From an uncultured Verrucomicrobiae bacterium (GTDB taxonomy: Bacteria > Verrucomicrobiota > Verrucomicrobiia > Limisphaerales > Palsa-1400), in NCBI GenBank assembly GCA_963764165.1, contig CAVXRD010000002.1, forward strand, positions 2,304,001 to 2,368,000: 64,000 bases of DNA, read 5' to 3'. Position numbers and translations under genes: made by a program. The notes below the pieces were generated by a model. It was given only the letters and a program-made list of their open reading frames with translations. It was not told where the DNA came from and did not search any database. Below are positions 51,381 to 60,258 of this stretch, piece after piece (within the stretch, counting starts at the first letter, position 1; each line of letters begins with the position of its first letter).

Positions 51381-51915
51381 CGTCCGGCCGCAAGCCGCCT
51401 TTACGTTGATCGAGCTAATTCTAGTCATGACAATCATGATGGTCATCGTCGGAATTGCCGCGCCGTCCTTGAAAGGATTCTTCAAGGGGCGAAACCTCGA
51501 CAATGAGGCGGTGCGTTTCCTGGCCGTGACTCGTTACGGCCAGAGCCGCGCCATCAACGAAGGCATTCCTGTGGAATTGTGGGTCAATGCCAAGGGCGGC
51601 GCCTACGGATTGGAAGCAGTGTCGGGCTACACGGAGACGGAAAAGAAACAGCAGCAGTATAATCTGTCGCCAGGCGTGATGATCGAACTCTCGAAACCTC
51701 CGACGCTCACGGCCACAGCCACGACGCATTCGAATTATTGGATGCAGACTAAGGCGCAAGTCGGCAACACGACGCGCATTCGTTTTCAGCCGGACGGGTT
51801 TATAAGTGACATGAGCCCGCAGAATATTTACCTGCGGCAGGAGGACCGCAGCCAGATAACGATTGCAGAAGCGCCGACGCACATGGGGTACGTTATTAAA
51901 CCTGCGCAGCCATAA
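51352..51915 (+). CDS. Minor pseudopilin (GspH/FimT-like)
   Basis: MAIGLKKRNNVRPQAAFTLIELILV; IRFQPDG; overlaps gspG end. Confidence 0.82.
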   Translation: MAIGLKKRNNVRPQAAFTLIELILVMTIMMVIVGIAAPSLKGFFKGRNLDNEAVRFLAVTRYGQSRAINEGIPVELWVNAKGGAYGLEAVSGYTETEKKQQQYNLSPGVMIELSKPPTLTATATTHSNYWMQTKAQVGNTTRIRFQPDGFISDMSPQNIYLRQEDRSQITIAEAPTHMGYVIKPAQP

Positions 51916-51917
51916 CA

Positions 51918-52511
51918 ATGAACCTCGGCTCTAATCTGAATAAGGTAGGGACGCCTCGCCGAGGCGTCCGGGGGCTATCGTCAATCGGGACGCGCAATGC
52001 CTCGCTTGAGCGTTCGGATGCACGCGCGAGGCATTCGGAGAAGTATTCAGCGCCTGCAAATTTTCACGTCGCCGGACGCCTCGGCGAGGCGTCCCTACCT
52101 TCTAAGCGCCGCGCCGCTGGCTTCACGCTGGCCGAAGTGCTGGCGGCGCTATTGCTGATGGCGATCGTCATTCCGGTGGCGCTTGAAGGATTGCGCGTGG
52201 CCAGCCGGGCTGGCGAAATGGCCCAGCGCAAAATGATCGCCACCCGCATTGGCAATATGGAAATGAATCAGTTGAAGGTGATGAACCAATTGCGCGGCGG
52301 CGGCCAGGCTGGCGTGGTGGTGGATCATGGCATTTCCTACCGTTGGTCCCTCAAGAATGAGGGTTGGACAGGCGATTCCCTCAGCCAGCTTTCGCAGGCA
52401 ACCATCATAGTGAGCTTCCCGGTGCAGGGAAGAGACTACGAGGTCCATTTGAGCACGCTGGTTTCGGCCCAAACACAGCAGGCCAACGCCACGAGCTCGG
52501 GAATGTATTGA
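51918..52511 (+). CDS. Minor pseudopilin (GspI-like) with REP doublet in its leader peptide
   Basis: GFTLAEVLAAL at residue ~68; leader contains element 51944-52099. Confidence 0.85.
   Translation: MNLGSNLNKVGTPRRGVRGLSSIGTRNASLERSDARARHSEKYSAPANFHVAGRLGEASLPSKRRAAGFTLAEVLAALLLMAIVIPVALEGLRVASRAGEMAQRKMIATRIGNMEMNQLKVMNQLRGGGQAGVVVDHGISYRWSLKNEGWTGDSLSQLSQATIIVSFPVQGRDYEVHLSTLVSAQTQQANATSSGMY
51944..52099. repeat. 156-bp GTAG-REP doublet, in-frame within the pseudopilin leader
   Basis: Same arms and same length as 49476-49631. Confidence 0.92.
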
Positions 52512-52514
52512 TAC

Positions 52515-53438
52515 ATGAACGCGCGCATTGAACCCAAGACGTTGTCAGGGCGAGGCTCCCGCCGAGCCATGCCTTGCTTGGTCTTTGCGCGCATCTCCGC
52601 CGGAGCGCGGCTGTGTCGAAGACCAGCCGCAGCAGCATTCGAATTGGCTGGCGCGTCTCTCATTTTGGCGTGGCTGCGGCTGGTCTTCGACACAGCCGCG
52701 CTCCGTCATGGCTCGGCGGGAGCCTCGCCCCACCGTGCTCATGGGCATAATCACGTGCGACGCGCCCGCGCATTCACGCTGATTGAATTGCTGCTGGCTA
52801 TTTCCATGATGGCCATCGTTCTGGTGGCGGTGGGCGGAATGCTTTTCACCGCAATGCATCTGAGAAACACCGCCATTAATTCCCTCGAGGCGACCCTGCC
52901 CGTCGAACAGGCCCTGGACATCATGCAGCGCGATCTGGCCAACATCAATTGCAGCACCAACACCAACGGAATTTTCCTCGCTCCATTTCAGAGCATTCCG
53001 ACGAACGCCATACCCAACCAAATCGGCCCGAGTTTTTACACATCCGACGGCGAGTTGGATGGCAACACGCCGTTCGGCTGCATGCAGAAGGTCAACTATC
53101 TGCTGGCGCGATCCACCAACGGCTATCGCGGGCCGGGCCTCGATTTGATCCGCGCCGTGACGCGCAATTTGCTGTCCGTCAACCAGCCGCCGATGCCGGA
53201 CGAGCAGCACGCCATTCTCAGCGGGGTGCAATCGCTGACGTTCCAATATTACGACGGCACCAGCTGGGACCAGGTCTGGGACACCACGCAGCAAACAAAT
53301 TTGCCGCTGGCGATCAAAGTGCAAATCAAAATGGCCGCGGATCCCAACTCAGGCCCGCTTGCCCAGGCGTCGCCTTTGGAATTGGTTGTTCCTATCGACG
53401 TTCTCCTGACCACCAACACGGTCACCGCGATCCAATGA
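52515..53438 (+). CDS. Minor pseudopilin (GspJ-like)
   Basis: RAFTLIELLLAI; QRDLAN; FQYYDGTSW..WDTT...LPLAIKVQI; start either 52515 (ATG) or 52755 (GTG). Confidence 0.85.
   Translation: MNARIEPKTLSGRGSRRAMPCLVFARISAGARLCRRPAAAAFELAGASLILAWLRLVFDTAALRHGSAGASPHRAHGHNHVRRARAFTLIELLLAISMMAIVLVAVGGMLFTAMHLRNTAINSLEATLPVEQALDIMQRDLANINCSTNTNGIFLAPFQSIPTNAIPNQIGPSFYTSDGELDGNTPFGCMQKVNYLLARSTNGYRGPGLDLIRAVTRNLLSVNQPPMPDEQHAILSGVQSLTFQYYDGTSWDQVWDTTQQTNLPLAIKVQIKMAADPNSGPLAQASPLELVVPIDVLLTTNTVTAIQ
52548..52730. repeat. Nested REP doublets in the gspJ-like 5' region
   Basis: Outer gggcgaggctcccgccgagccatg / catggctcggcgggagcctcgccc; inner 52601-52633 / 52673-52705 identical to arms at 8786-8891. Confidence 0.92.
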
Positions 53439-54862
53439 AAACTTGCGCCAATAACAACCCATCCAATCGCGGCTCAGTGCTCGTGATCGTCATGTGGGTC
53501 GCGCTTGGGCTGGTCGCCGTCACGCTTTATTTCGGAAATTCGATGCTAATGAATTTGAAAGCCGCCGACAATCGCGCGGCCGGAATGGAAGCCGATCAAG
53601 CCATCGAAGGGGCGGCCCTTTACGTGAGCAACGTGCTGGCCAACCGCCTCAACATGATGACTCTTCCCGGCACGAACAATTTCCGCGTCAACGGCGTGAA
53701 ACTCGGCGAGGCGAAATTTTGGATCATCGGCCGCGATACCAATTATACTCAGGCCAGCCTGGCTGCCGACACGCCGACGTGGGGATTGATTGATGAAGCG
53801 GCCAAGGTCAATTTGAACTATTTGACCGGCTCGAACGCCGAAAACCTGCCGGGTGTGAGCCTCAACGTGGGGTCGGCGATGAACGATTGGCACACCACCA
53901 ACACCAACCCGAGCACTTACGGCGCGAAAACAGAAACGTATTCAGGTCTGCAGCCTGCCTACAGTTCTAAGAACGCCCCGTATGAAACGGTGGATGAATT
54001 GCGCATGGTTTACGGAATGAGCCTGGACCTTTTTTATGGCGAGGACGCCAATTGGAACGGCGCGCTGGATCCCAATGAAGACGACGGCCTGAAATTGCCT
54101 CCCGCCGACAATCAAAACGGCACGCTGGATTCCGGCTTGGTCGAGTATTGCACGACCTGGACACATGAGTCCCTCGTTTCCACCAACGGGACAAACCGGG
54201 TCGTGGTGACCAACCTCACCGCCTTGCAGGGGCTCATCAATAGCAATTTTTATGGTTTTCCCATGGGAAAATTTGCCGCCTCCTCGTCGTCTTCCAGCAG
54301 CGGCGGAGCGGGTTCGGGGGGGCGTTCCACCGGGGGATCGACTGGCTCCGCCGCCGCGGCCTCCGCCACCGCGCCGACCAGCGTTCTGGATTTTTATGTG
54401 AACAGCGGCATGACGCCGAGCCAGTTTGAGCAAGTCGAGCCGTTCCTCCTCAATAATCCAACCGGCACCGGGTTGCTGAATATCAACACGGCCTCGCAAG
54501 CGGCATTGGGCTGCATTCCGGGCATCGGCAGCAACACCGCCGCGCAAATTCTGACTTATCGCCAATCCAATCCCACGCTCGCCCCCACGGTATCCTGGCT
54601 GGCGACTGCCATGGGCGGCAACACGCAGGGGATCGAAGCCGCCGGCCCCTACATCACCGCCTACAGCTACCAATTCACCGCCGACATCGTGGCTGTGGGC
54701 CACAACAACCGCGGCTACCGGCGCGTGATGTTCGTTTTTGATTGCACCACGGGAGTCCCGCTGATCATATTCCGGCAGGACTTGACCCATCTCGGCTGGC
54801 CATTAGGCAAAAAGCTGCACGACCAAATGTTAACCGGGCAACTTGCCCTTAATTCCCGATGA
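53435..54862 (+). CDS. gspK: GspK-like minor pseudopilin
   Basis: RGSVLVIVMW, DEAAKVNLN, ETVDELRMV.G, LNINTAS..L..IPGIG helix-hairpin-helix; Asp-rich DANWNGALD loop. Confidence 0.85.
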   Translation: MKTCANNNPSNRGSVLVIVMWVALGLVAVTLYFGNSMLMNLKAADNRAAGMEADQAIEGAALYVSNVLANRLNMMTLPGTNNFRVNGVKLGEAKFWIIGRDTNYTQASLAADTPTWGLIDEAAKVNLNYLTGSNAENLPGVSLNVGSAMNDWHTTNTNPSTYGAKTETYSGLQPAYSSKNAPYETVDELRMVYGMSLDLFYGEDANWNGALDPNEDDGLKLPPADNQNGTLDSGLVEYCTTWTHESLVSTNGTNRVVVTNLTALQGLINSNFYGFPMGKFAASSSSSSSGGAGSGGRSTGGSTGSAAAASATAPTSVLDFYVNSGMTPSQFEQVEPFLLNNPTGTGLLNINTASQAALGCIPGIGSNTAAQILTYRQSNPTLAPTVSWLATAMGGNTQGIEAAGPYITAYSYQFTADIVAVGHNNRGYRRVMFVFDCTTGVPLIIFRQDLTHLGWPLGKKLHDQMLTGQLALNSR

Positions 54863-56298
54863 TCAACCTGTTCAAACCCAAACGCGGCTCGTCCGTTCTC
54901 GGAATCGCCCTCGACGGCAACCGGCTGGAAGCCGTCGTCCTGCGCCGTTCCAATGGCACGCTGCAAGTCCGCCAGACCGTTTCGGTTCCGCTGGCGCTCT
55001 CGCCGCTGACCGACGATCCGCTGCTGGCCGGACGCGAAATTCGAAATCATCTTGACGCCGCTGGCGTGCGGGAAAAGAACTGCGCCGTCTGCATTCCGGT
55101 AAGCTGGCTGCTGACACTGCAAACGAAGCTGCCGGAGTTGGCGGAGGCGGATCGCGCGGGTTTTTTGCAATTGGAAGCTGAACGCGGATTCCACAGCGGG
55201 CCGGAAAGCCTCTTCACAACGACTTCGATTTTTCAGGCCGGGCCGAACGAGCAATACGCCTCGCTGCTGGCCCTGCCGCGCAACAATCTAGAGACGCTGG
55301 AAAAAGTTCTTCGCGCCGCCAGGTTGAAGCCGGTCACCTTTGGCCTCGGCATCAGCGCGGTGCAGCCGGCGGCGGCTGAGAACAATCGGGTCATCACCAT
55401 TTTAGTCCGCAGCAACGCCATTGATCTGCAAGTCACCGGCGGCGGCGGCATCGTCGCCCTGCGCGCGCTGGACGGCGCGATGGAAACGCAAGGGGCCATG
55501 AAGCGGATTTCCTCGGAATTCACCGCCCGCGAAATCCGCATCACGCTCGGCCAGATGCCCGGAACGCTGGCGGACGGGGGCGGGAAGATTCGCGTCGTCG
55601 GCCAGGGCGAATTGGTGCGGCAGTTCGTCCACGAAATTTCCCCGCGCCTTGAAGCGATGGGGCTGAAATTGGAGACGTCCGAAAAGGCAAGCAACGCCAG
55701 TTTCGACCGGACGCTGCCCGCCGATCTGGCTGCCTCCGGCGCGGTCGCTCTCGCGGCGGCTTGGGTGCGCGGGGCCGATACGATGCCGGAACTTTTGCCG
55801 CCCAAGGTTCAGCCATGGCAGCAATGGATGAGCAAAGGGCTCTCCGCCAAGAAACTGATCTGGGTGGGCGAAGCGGCGGGAGTCGTGGTCGGCTGCGTGG
55901 TGCTCGCGTTTGGCTACCAGCAATATCAGCTCACCAAATTGCGCAACCAATGGGCCCGCATCGCGCCGAAATACAATGAGTTGATGGCCATGCAGCAAAA
56001 CATCCAGGAATTTGCGGACTATTACAAGCAGGCAGGCCGCAACGTCGCCATCTGGGCGAAGCTTGCTTCCACGTTTCCGAAGGACAACTCGGTCTCGCTG
56101 AAGACACTGGAAGTGCGCGATCAAAATAGCGTCACCTGCACGGGCGTCGCGAAGGACAATGACGCCTTCGCCAAGGTCTTCAGCAAATTAAGCGATGATT
56201 CAACCAACATTAGCAACGTGCATCCCGAAACCCGAGGCAATCGACCCATGCAATTCACGCTGACTTTTCAATGGACCGGAGGCGCCAATGGAAACTAA
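54859..56298 (+). CDS. GspL/PilM-PilN-like assembly protein
   Basis: SVLGIALDG actin-like start, ELLPP followed by TM helix and coiled coil; position in operon. Confidence 0.7.
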   Translation: MINLFKPKRGSSVLGIALDGNRLEAVVLRRSNGTLQVRQTVSVPLALSPLTDDPLLAGREIRNHLDAAGVREKNCAVCIPVSWLLTLQTKLPELAEADRAGFLQLEAERGFHSGPESLFTTTSIFQAGPNEQYASLLALPRNNLETLEKVLRAARLKPVTFGLGISAVQPAAAENNRVITILVRSNAIDLQVTGGGGIVALRALDGAMETQGAMKRISSEFTAREIRITLGQMPGTLADGGGKIRVVGQGELVRQFVHEISPRLEAMGLKLETSEKASNASFDRTLPADLAASGAVALAAAWVRGADTMPELLPPKVQPWQQWMSKGLSAKKLIWVGEAAGVVVGCVVLAFGYQQYQLTKLRNQWARIAPKYNELMAMQQNIQEFADYYKQAGRNVAIWAKLASTFPKDNSVSLKTLEVRDQNSVTCTGVAKDNDAFAKVFSKLSDDSTNISNVHPETRGNRPMQFTLTFQWTGGANGN

Positions 56299-57340
56299 GA
56301 ACCGCGAAAAACTCCTCCTGATCGGGGTCGCCATCTGCGTCGGCATGTATCTTATCGTGACGCTGGTGATTGATCCTTTGGTTGACAGCTGGCACAGCCG
56401 CACGGAGGAAATCGCCAAGCTGAACAAGCAAATTGCCGATGGATTAAGAGTGATCCGTTATCAGGATGAGACACGCGACAAATGGGATTTCATGCGCGGC
56501 AACGCGCTTTCCAAAGACCAGACGGCCGCGGAAGGCCAGATGTTCGGCGAGTTTCACAAGTGGGTGGAATCCGCGGGCGTCGCGCCTGGCTCGTTCCGCC
56601 CGCAAATTCAGGAGTCCGACAGCAACTACACGACGATCGATTGCCGTTCCGATGTCAGCGGCAGCCCGGAGTCCGTGCGCGACTTTCTCCGCAACATGAG
56701 CCGCGACTCGATGTCCGACAAGGTGCAGTCCTTTGAGTTATCCACCAAGGATGACAACGGCCGCCAACTGTCGCTGGGATTGAACACGAGCGGATTGATC
56801 ATAGCCGACAACGATCCCACCCAGGTCCAGCTTCCTCCTTCCGCGACCAATGAGCCGCCGGCCGAGACAAACATGCCTGATCCCTACCGCATCATTGCGC
56901 GCAATAATATATTTGACCAGACACGGATTGACAGGGTGGAAGGCCCGGTTCGCGAACGGCCGCGCGTGGTGAAAGTGGAAACGATCAGCGTCCATGGAAT
57001 TGGCGCGGATACCAATGGCGATGCCAATTTCGAGGGCACGGGCATCGACAGCACCAGGTTTTATCCGAAGGGCGCGAAGGTTGGGGACTTCACGCTGGCC
57101 AAGATTGGATTTGATACCGTGACCCTGGTGGATTCGAGCAGCAACACCTTTGTCCTCCCCGCCGACGGCACCTCCTCGCTCAAGCGTGAAGACGGAGGTC
57201 CGTGGGCCCGCGTCGGCTATATTCCTCCGCCGGAAGCTCAAGTGAGCAATGCCACCGCTTCGTCCGGTGGCTCCGCGCCGCCCTCTTCGGTCAGCGCCGT
57301 GGAAGAAATGTTGAGAAAACGCCGCTTGGAAGCCAAATAA
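56288..57340 (+). CDS. GspM/PilO-like protein with C-terminal GspC-like extension
   Basis: KNREKLL..TM helix, coiled coil, ferredoxin-like core, then Y.IIARNNIFD and beta-rich domain ending MLRKRR. Confidence 0.6.
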   Translation: METKNREKLLLIGVAICVGMYLIVTLVIDPLVDSWHSRTEEIAKLNKQIADGLRVIRYQDETRDKWDFMRGNALSKDQTAAEGQMFGEFHKWVESAGVAPGSFRPQIQESDSNYTTIDCRSDVSGSPESVRDFLRNMSRDSMSDKVQSFELSTKDDNGRQLSLGLNTSGLIIADNDPTQVQLPPSATNEPPAETNMPDPYRIIARNNIFDQTRIDRVEGPVRERPRVVKVETISVHGIGADTNGDANFEGTGIDSTRFYPKGAKVGDFTLAKIGFDTVTLVDSSSNTFVLPADGTSSLKREDGGPWARVGYIPPPEAQVSNATASSGGSAPPSSVSAVEEMLRKRRLEAK

Positions 57341-57374
57341 CACCTAAACCCATTTCATTTAAACTATTCCAAAT

Positions 57375-58973
57375 ATGAAAAAACAACAATTCACCGCGAT
57401 CCTGCTGGGCACGCTGACGAGTGCGTGGCTCGCCAGCGCGCAGGAGGCCGCCAGCACTGCCCCCGCTCCGGCCGACGCCGCGGCCACGAACTCCGCCGCA
57501 ACGAACGCTCCTGCGCCGCCGCCCGCGCCAGCCATTCAAGCCGATGCCGAGGCAAGTTCGACGAACGGCTTGGTGCTCAATTTTCATGATGTTCCCCTGA
57601 CCGCCGTGCTCAACTATTTGAGCGCGAAGGCGGGGCTTATCATCGTGTCCGACGTCAACCTGCAAGGGAAAGTGACCGTCGTTTCCAAGCAGCCTGTCGC
57701 GACCAATGAAATTGTCCAGCTTCTCAACGATCAATTGGGCAAGAACAATTATTCCGCCGTCATGGACGGCCGGACGCTCTCGATCATGGACAACGAGCGC
57801 GCCAAGACCTACGCGCATACACCGGTCCGCGTCGCCAATGGAACCAACAACATCCTCTTCACAGATCAAATTGTGACGGAGATCATTCCACTGCACACGC
57901 TGCAGGCGCCGCAATTGGTCAAAGACTTGTCGGATTTGATTCCGCGCAGCGCGGTTGTGACGGCGAATGAAGCCGGAAATTCCATCATCATGACAGCGCA
58001 GGAAAAGGACGTTCGCCGCGTCGCGGAAATCATCGATTCCCTGGACGGCTCGGCAGTATCGCAAGTGGAAGTTTTCAAATTGGATTACGCGGATTCCAAA
58101 TCAGTGGCCGATGAATTGAAGGAAGTTTTTCAAAGCGACGATTCGCAAATCGCCCGCGCCAACACGCGCAATAGCTTCGTTCGCGGTGCGGGCGGCGGCG
58201 GTCGCGGAGGTGGCGGCGGCGGCTTTGGTGGCATGGGAGGATTCGCGGCCATGATGGGTGGCGGCGGAGGCGGCGGCGGTGAGGAAGGAAGAAACGTTGC
58301 CACGCACGCTGTCTTTGTGGCGGATGATCAAATGAACGCCGTGATCGCGAGCGCTCCGCCGGATTACATGCGCATGATTACAAATGTCATCAAAGTGCTT
58401 GATCAGCCGAGCCAGGAAGTCACCGTGCTCCGCGTTCTCAAGCTGAAGCATGCGGATCCCGGCGAAATTTCCGATGAATTGAACAACATGTTCAATCCCA
58501 CCAGCAGCACCGATCAAAGCACCCGCTCCATGGGGATGCGGTTCATGGGCTTCGGCGGCGGCGGACCCTTTGGCGGCTTCGGCGGCGGCGGCGGCAACAA
58601 TAATAATCAAAGCCAGCGCATGAAACGCCAGATGGCAGTCTCCGTGGTGCCAGATCGCCGCAAGCAAGCTGTCATCGTCAGCGCCTCACGGGAAATGATG
58701 GCGGAGATCGAGGGCGTGGTGAAGGATTTGGACGAGGGCAACGAAGGAGTCCAGCACGTGGCGGCGTTTGACATCGGCACGGCCGATCCCGCCCAAGTGT
58801 TCGAGACCTTGTCCGGCCTCTTCATGAGCACGACGAAACCCAATTCGGCAAATTCCACCACGCTGACCCAGACGCCTCAAACCACCCGCTACACTGGCAA
58901 CGCCAACGCGCAAACCAGCGCGGCGCAAAACGCGCAAACAAGCACCACCAGCATGGGATCCAAAGCTCCTTGA
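57375..58973 (+). CDS. Secretin N-terminal-domain protein (no secretin pore domain)
   Basis: Signal peptide; LNFHDVPL..VL N0 domain; repeated LDYAD/LKHAD N1-N3-like modules; Gly-rich inserts. Confidence 0.8.
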   Translation: MKKQQFTAILLGTLTSAWLASAQEAASTAPAPADAAATNSAATNAPAPPPAPAIQADAEASSTNGLVLNFHDVPLTAVLNYLSAKAGLIIVSDVNLQGKVTVVSKQPVATNEIVQLLNDQLGKNNYSAVMDGRTLSIMDNERAKTYAHTPVRVANGTNNILFTDQIVTEIIPLHTLQAPQLVKDLSDLIPRSAVVTANEAGNSIIMTAQEKDVRRVAEIIDSLDGSAVSQVEVFKLDYADSKSVADELKEVFQSDDSQIARANTRNSFVRGAGGGGRGGGGGGFGGMGGFAAMMGGGGGGGGEEGRNVATHAVFVADDQMNAVIASAPPDYMRMITNVIKVLDQPSQEVTVLRVLKLKHADPGEISDELNNMFNPTSSTDQSTRSMGMRFMGFGGGGPFGGFGGGGGNNNNQSQRMKRQMAVSVVPDRRKQAVIVSASREMMAEIEGVVKDLDEGNEGVQHVAAFDIGTADPAQVFETLSGLFMSTTKPNSANSTTLTQTPQTTRYTGNANAQTSAAQNAQTSTTSMGSKAP

Positions 58974-59002
58974 CGGCTTAATCTGTCAACCAAACAAATT
59001 CT

Positions 59003-60244
59003 ATGACGATTCAAAACTTGAAACACACGGCCTGCCGAGGCGCGGCCTTGATTGCATGCGCCCTCGCGATTCCCGCGCTGGCCCAGGGAACTGGTGGCCG
59101 CGGCGGCGGCGGCGGCGGCGGAAACTTTGGCGGCGGCGCAGGAGGAGGAGGCGGCGGCGGCGGGCGCGCCGGGACGGCCAGCACGGCCACCACCAGCGCC
59201 ATTGACCGCCCCGGCAACGGCCAGATTGGCTCCGCCAACTTTTATGTCGACAGGGATACCGGCCAGGTTTTCGTCATTGCCGATGATCAGACACTGATGA
59301 GTGTCAGCAATGTCGTCGCCGGCCTGGCCAAGCCCAAGCCGCAGGTCTTGATCAAGGTCGTCTTCCTTGAAGCCACCTACAACAAGGGCTACGACGTTGG
59401 AATTGAAGGCGGCGTGACCAAGAACATCAACGCCAGCACATCGCTGAGCGCGTCCAACTTGTTTGGCCTGGCCTCGCAGGGTGTGACTCCCACCTCGGGC
59501 GTCAACACGCTGCCGGGAGCCGGCCTGTATACCATCGCCGGCAATAACTGGGAAGCGACGGTTCGCGCCATTGCTGAGCACGCGCACGTTGAAGTTCTCT
59601 CCCGTCCGACCATCCTGGCCCGCCATAACCAGATGGCAACCATTCAGGTTGGCCAGAATGTCCCGCTCATCACCAGCGTCAACTTCGGCGCGCTGGGCAA
59701 CCAGGAAAACGGCATCACGTATTCACCGGTCGGCATCATTTTGAACGTGACGCCCTTTATCGGCTCCGACGGCACCGTGGAAATGATATTGAACCCGCAA
59801 ATCTCGGCGGTGGACCCAACCTTGTCGCAGGCGGTTTCCTACACCACCAACGGCACGGCCATCACCGCGCCTTACATTGATATTGAATCGGCCAATACAG
59901 TGGTCGCCACACCCGACGGCCAGACAGTCGTCATCGGCGGCTTGATGAAAAACAGCAAGTCCGACACGGACAGCAAAATTCCGCTGCTGGGCGACATTCC
60001 GGGCCTGGGCGCGCTGTTTCATCATAAAGTTCACTATATCGCCAAGCAGGAGCTGATCATTATGCTGACACCGTATGTGGTGCGGACGCCCGCCGACCTG
60101 GCCCGCATGAGCTCCGACGAGCGCGGCCGCACTGAGATGGCGCCGAAGGCTTTCACGGAGAAGGAAATGAACCGGTATCTGGAAGGCGGCAAACCGACCC
60201 TGGCCCCGGAGCCGGCGCCGCCGGTTGCCATTCCTCCACGATAA
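59003..60244 (+). CDS. gspD: Short secretin (GspD C-terminal pore domain)
   Basis: Signal peptide; PQVLIKV, VLSRPTIL, GIILNVTP.I, DGQTVVIGGL, KIPLLGDIPGLGALF, ELIIMLTP.VV. Confidence 0.88.
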   Translation: MTIQNLKHTACRGAALIACALAIPALAQGTGGRGGGGGGGNFGGGAGGGGGGGGRAGTASTATTSAIDRPGNGQIGSANFYVDRDTGQVFVIADDQTLMSVSNVVAGLAKPKPQVLIKVVFLEATYNKGYDVGIEGGVTKNINASTSLSASNLFGLASQGVTPTSGVNTLPGAGLYTIAGNNWEATVRAIAEHAHVEVLSRPTILARHNQMATIQVGQNVPLITSVNFGALGNQENGITYSPVGIILNVTPFIGSDGTVEMILNPQISAVDPTLSQAVSYTTNGTAITAPYIDIESANTVVATPDGQTVVIGGLMKNSKSDTDSKIPLLGDIPGLGALFHHKVHYIAKQELIIMLTPYVVRTPADLARMSSDERGRTEMAPKAFTEKEMNRYLEGGKPTLAPEPAPPVAIPPR

Positions 60245-60258
60245 GATTAATTTGACTC

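Noticed and set aside
52949..53434. N-terminal 162 aa of the 637-aa ORF
   Set aside because: Overlaps the gspJ-like gene out of frame; the GspK-type start is ATG 53435.
58190..59170. (GGC)n runs as DNA-level repeats or contingency loci
   Set aside because: They encode in-frame poly-Gly linkers with mixed codons.
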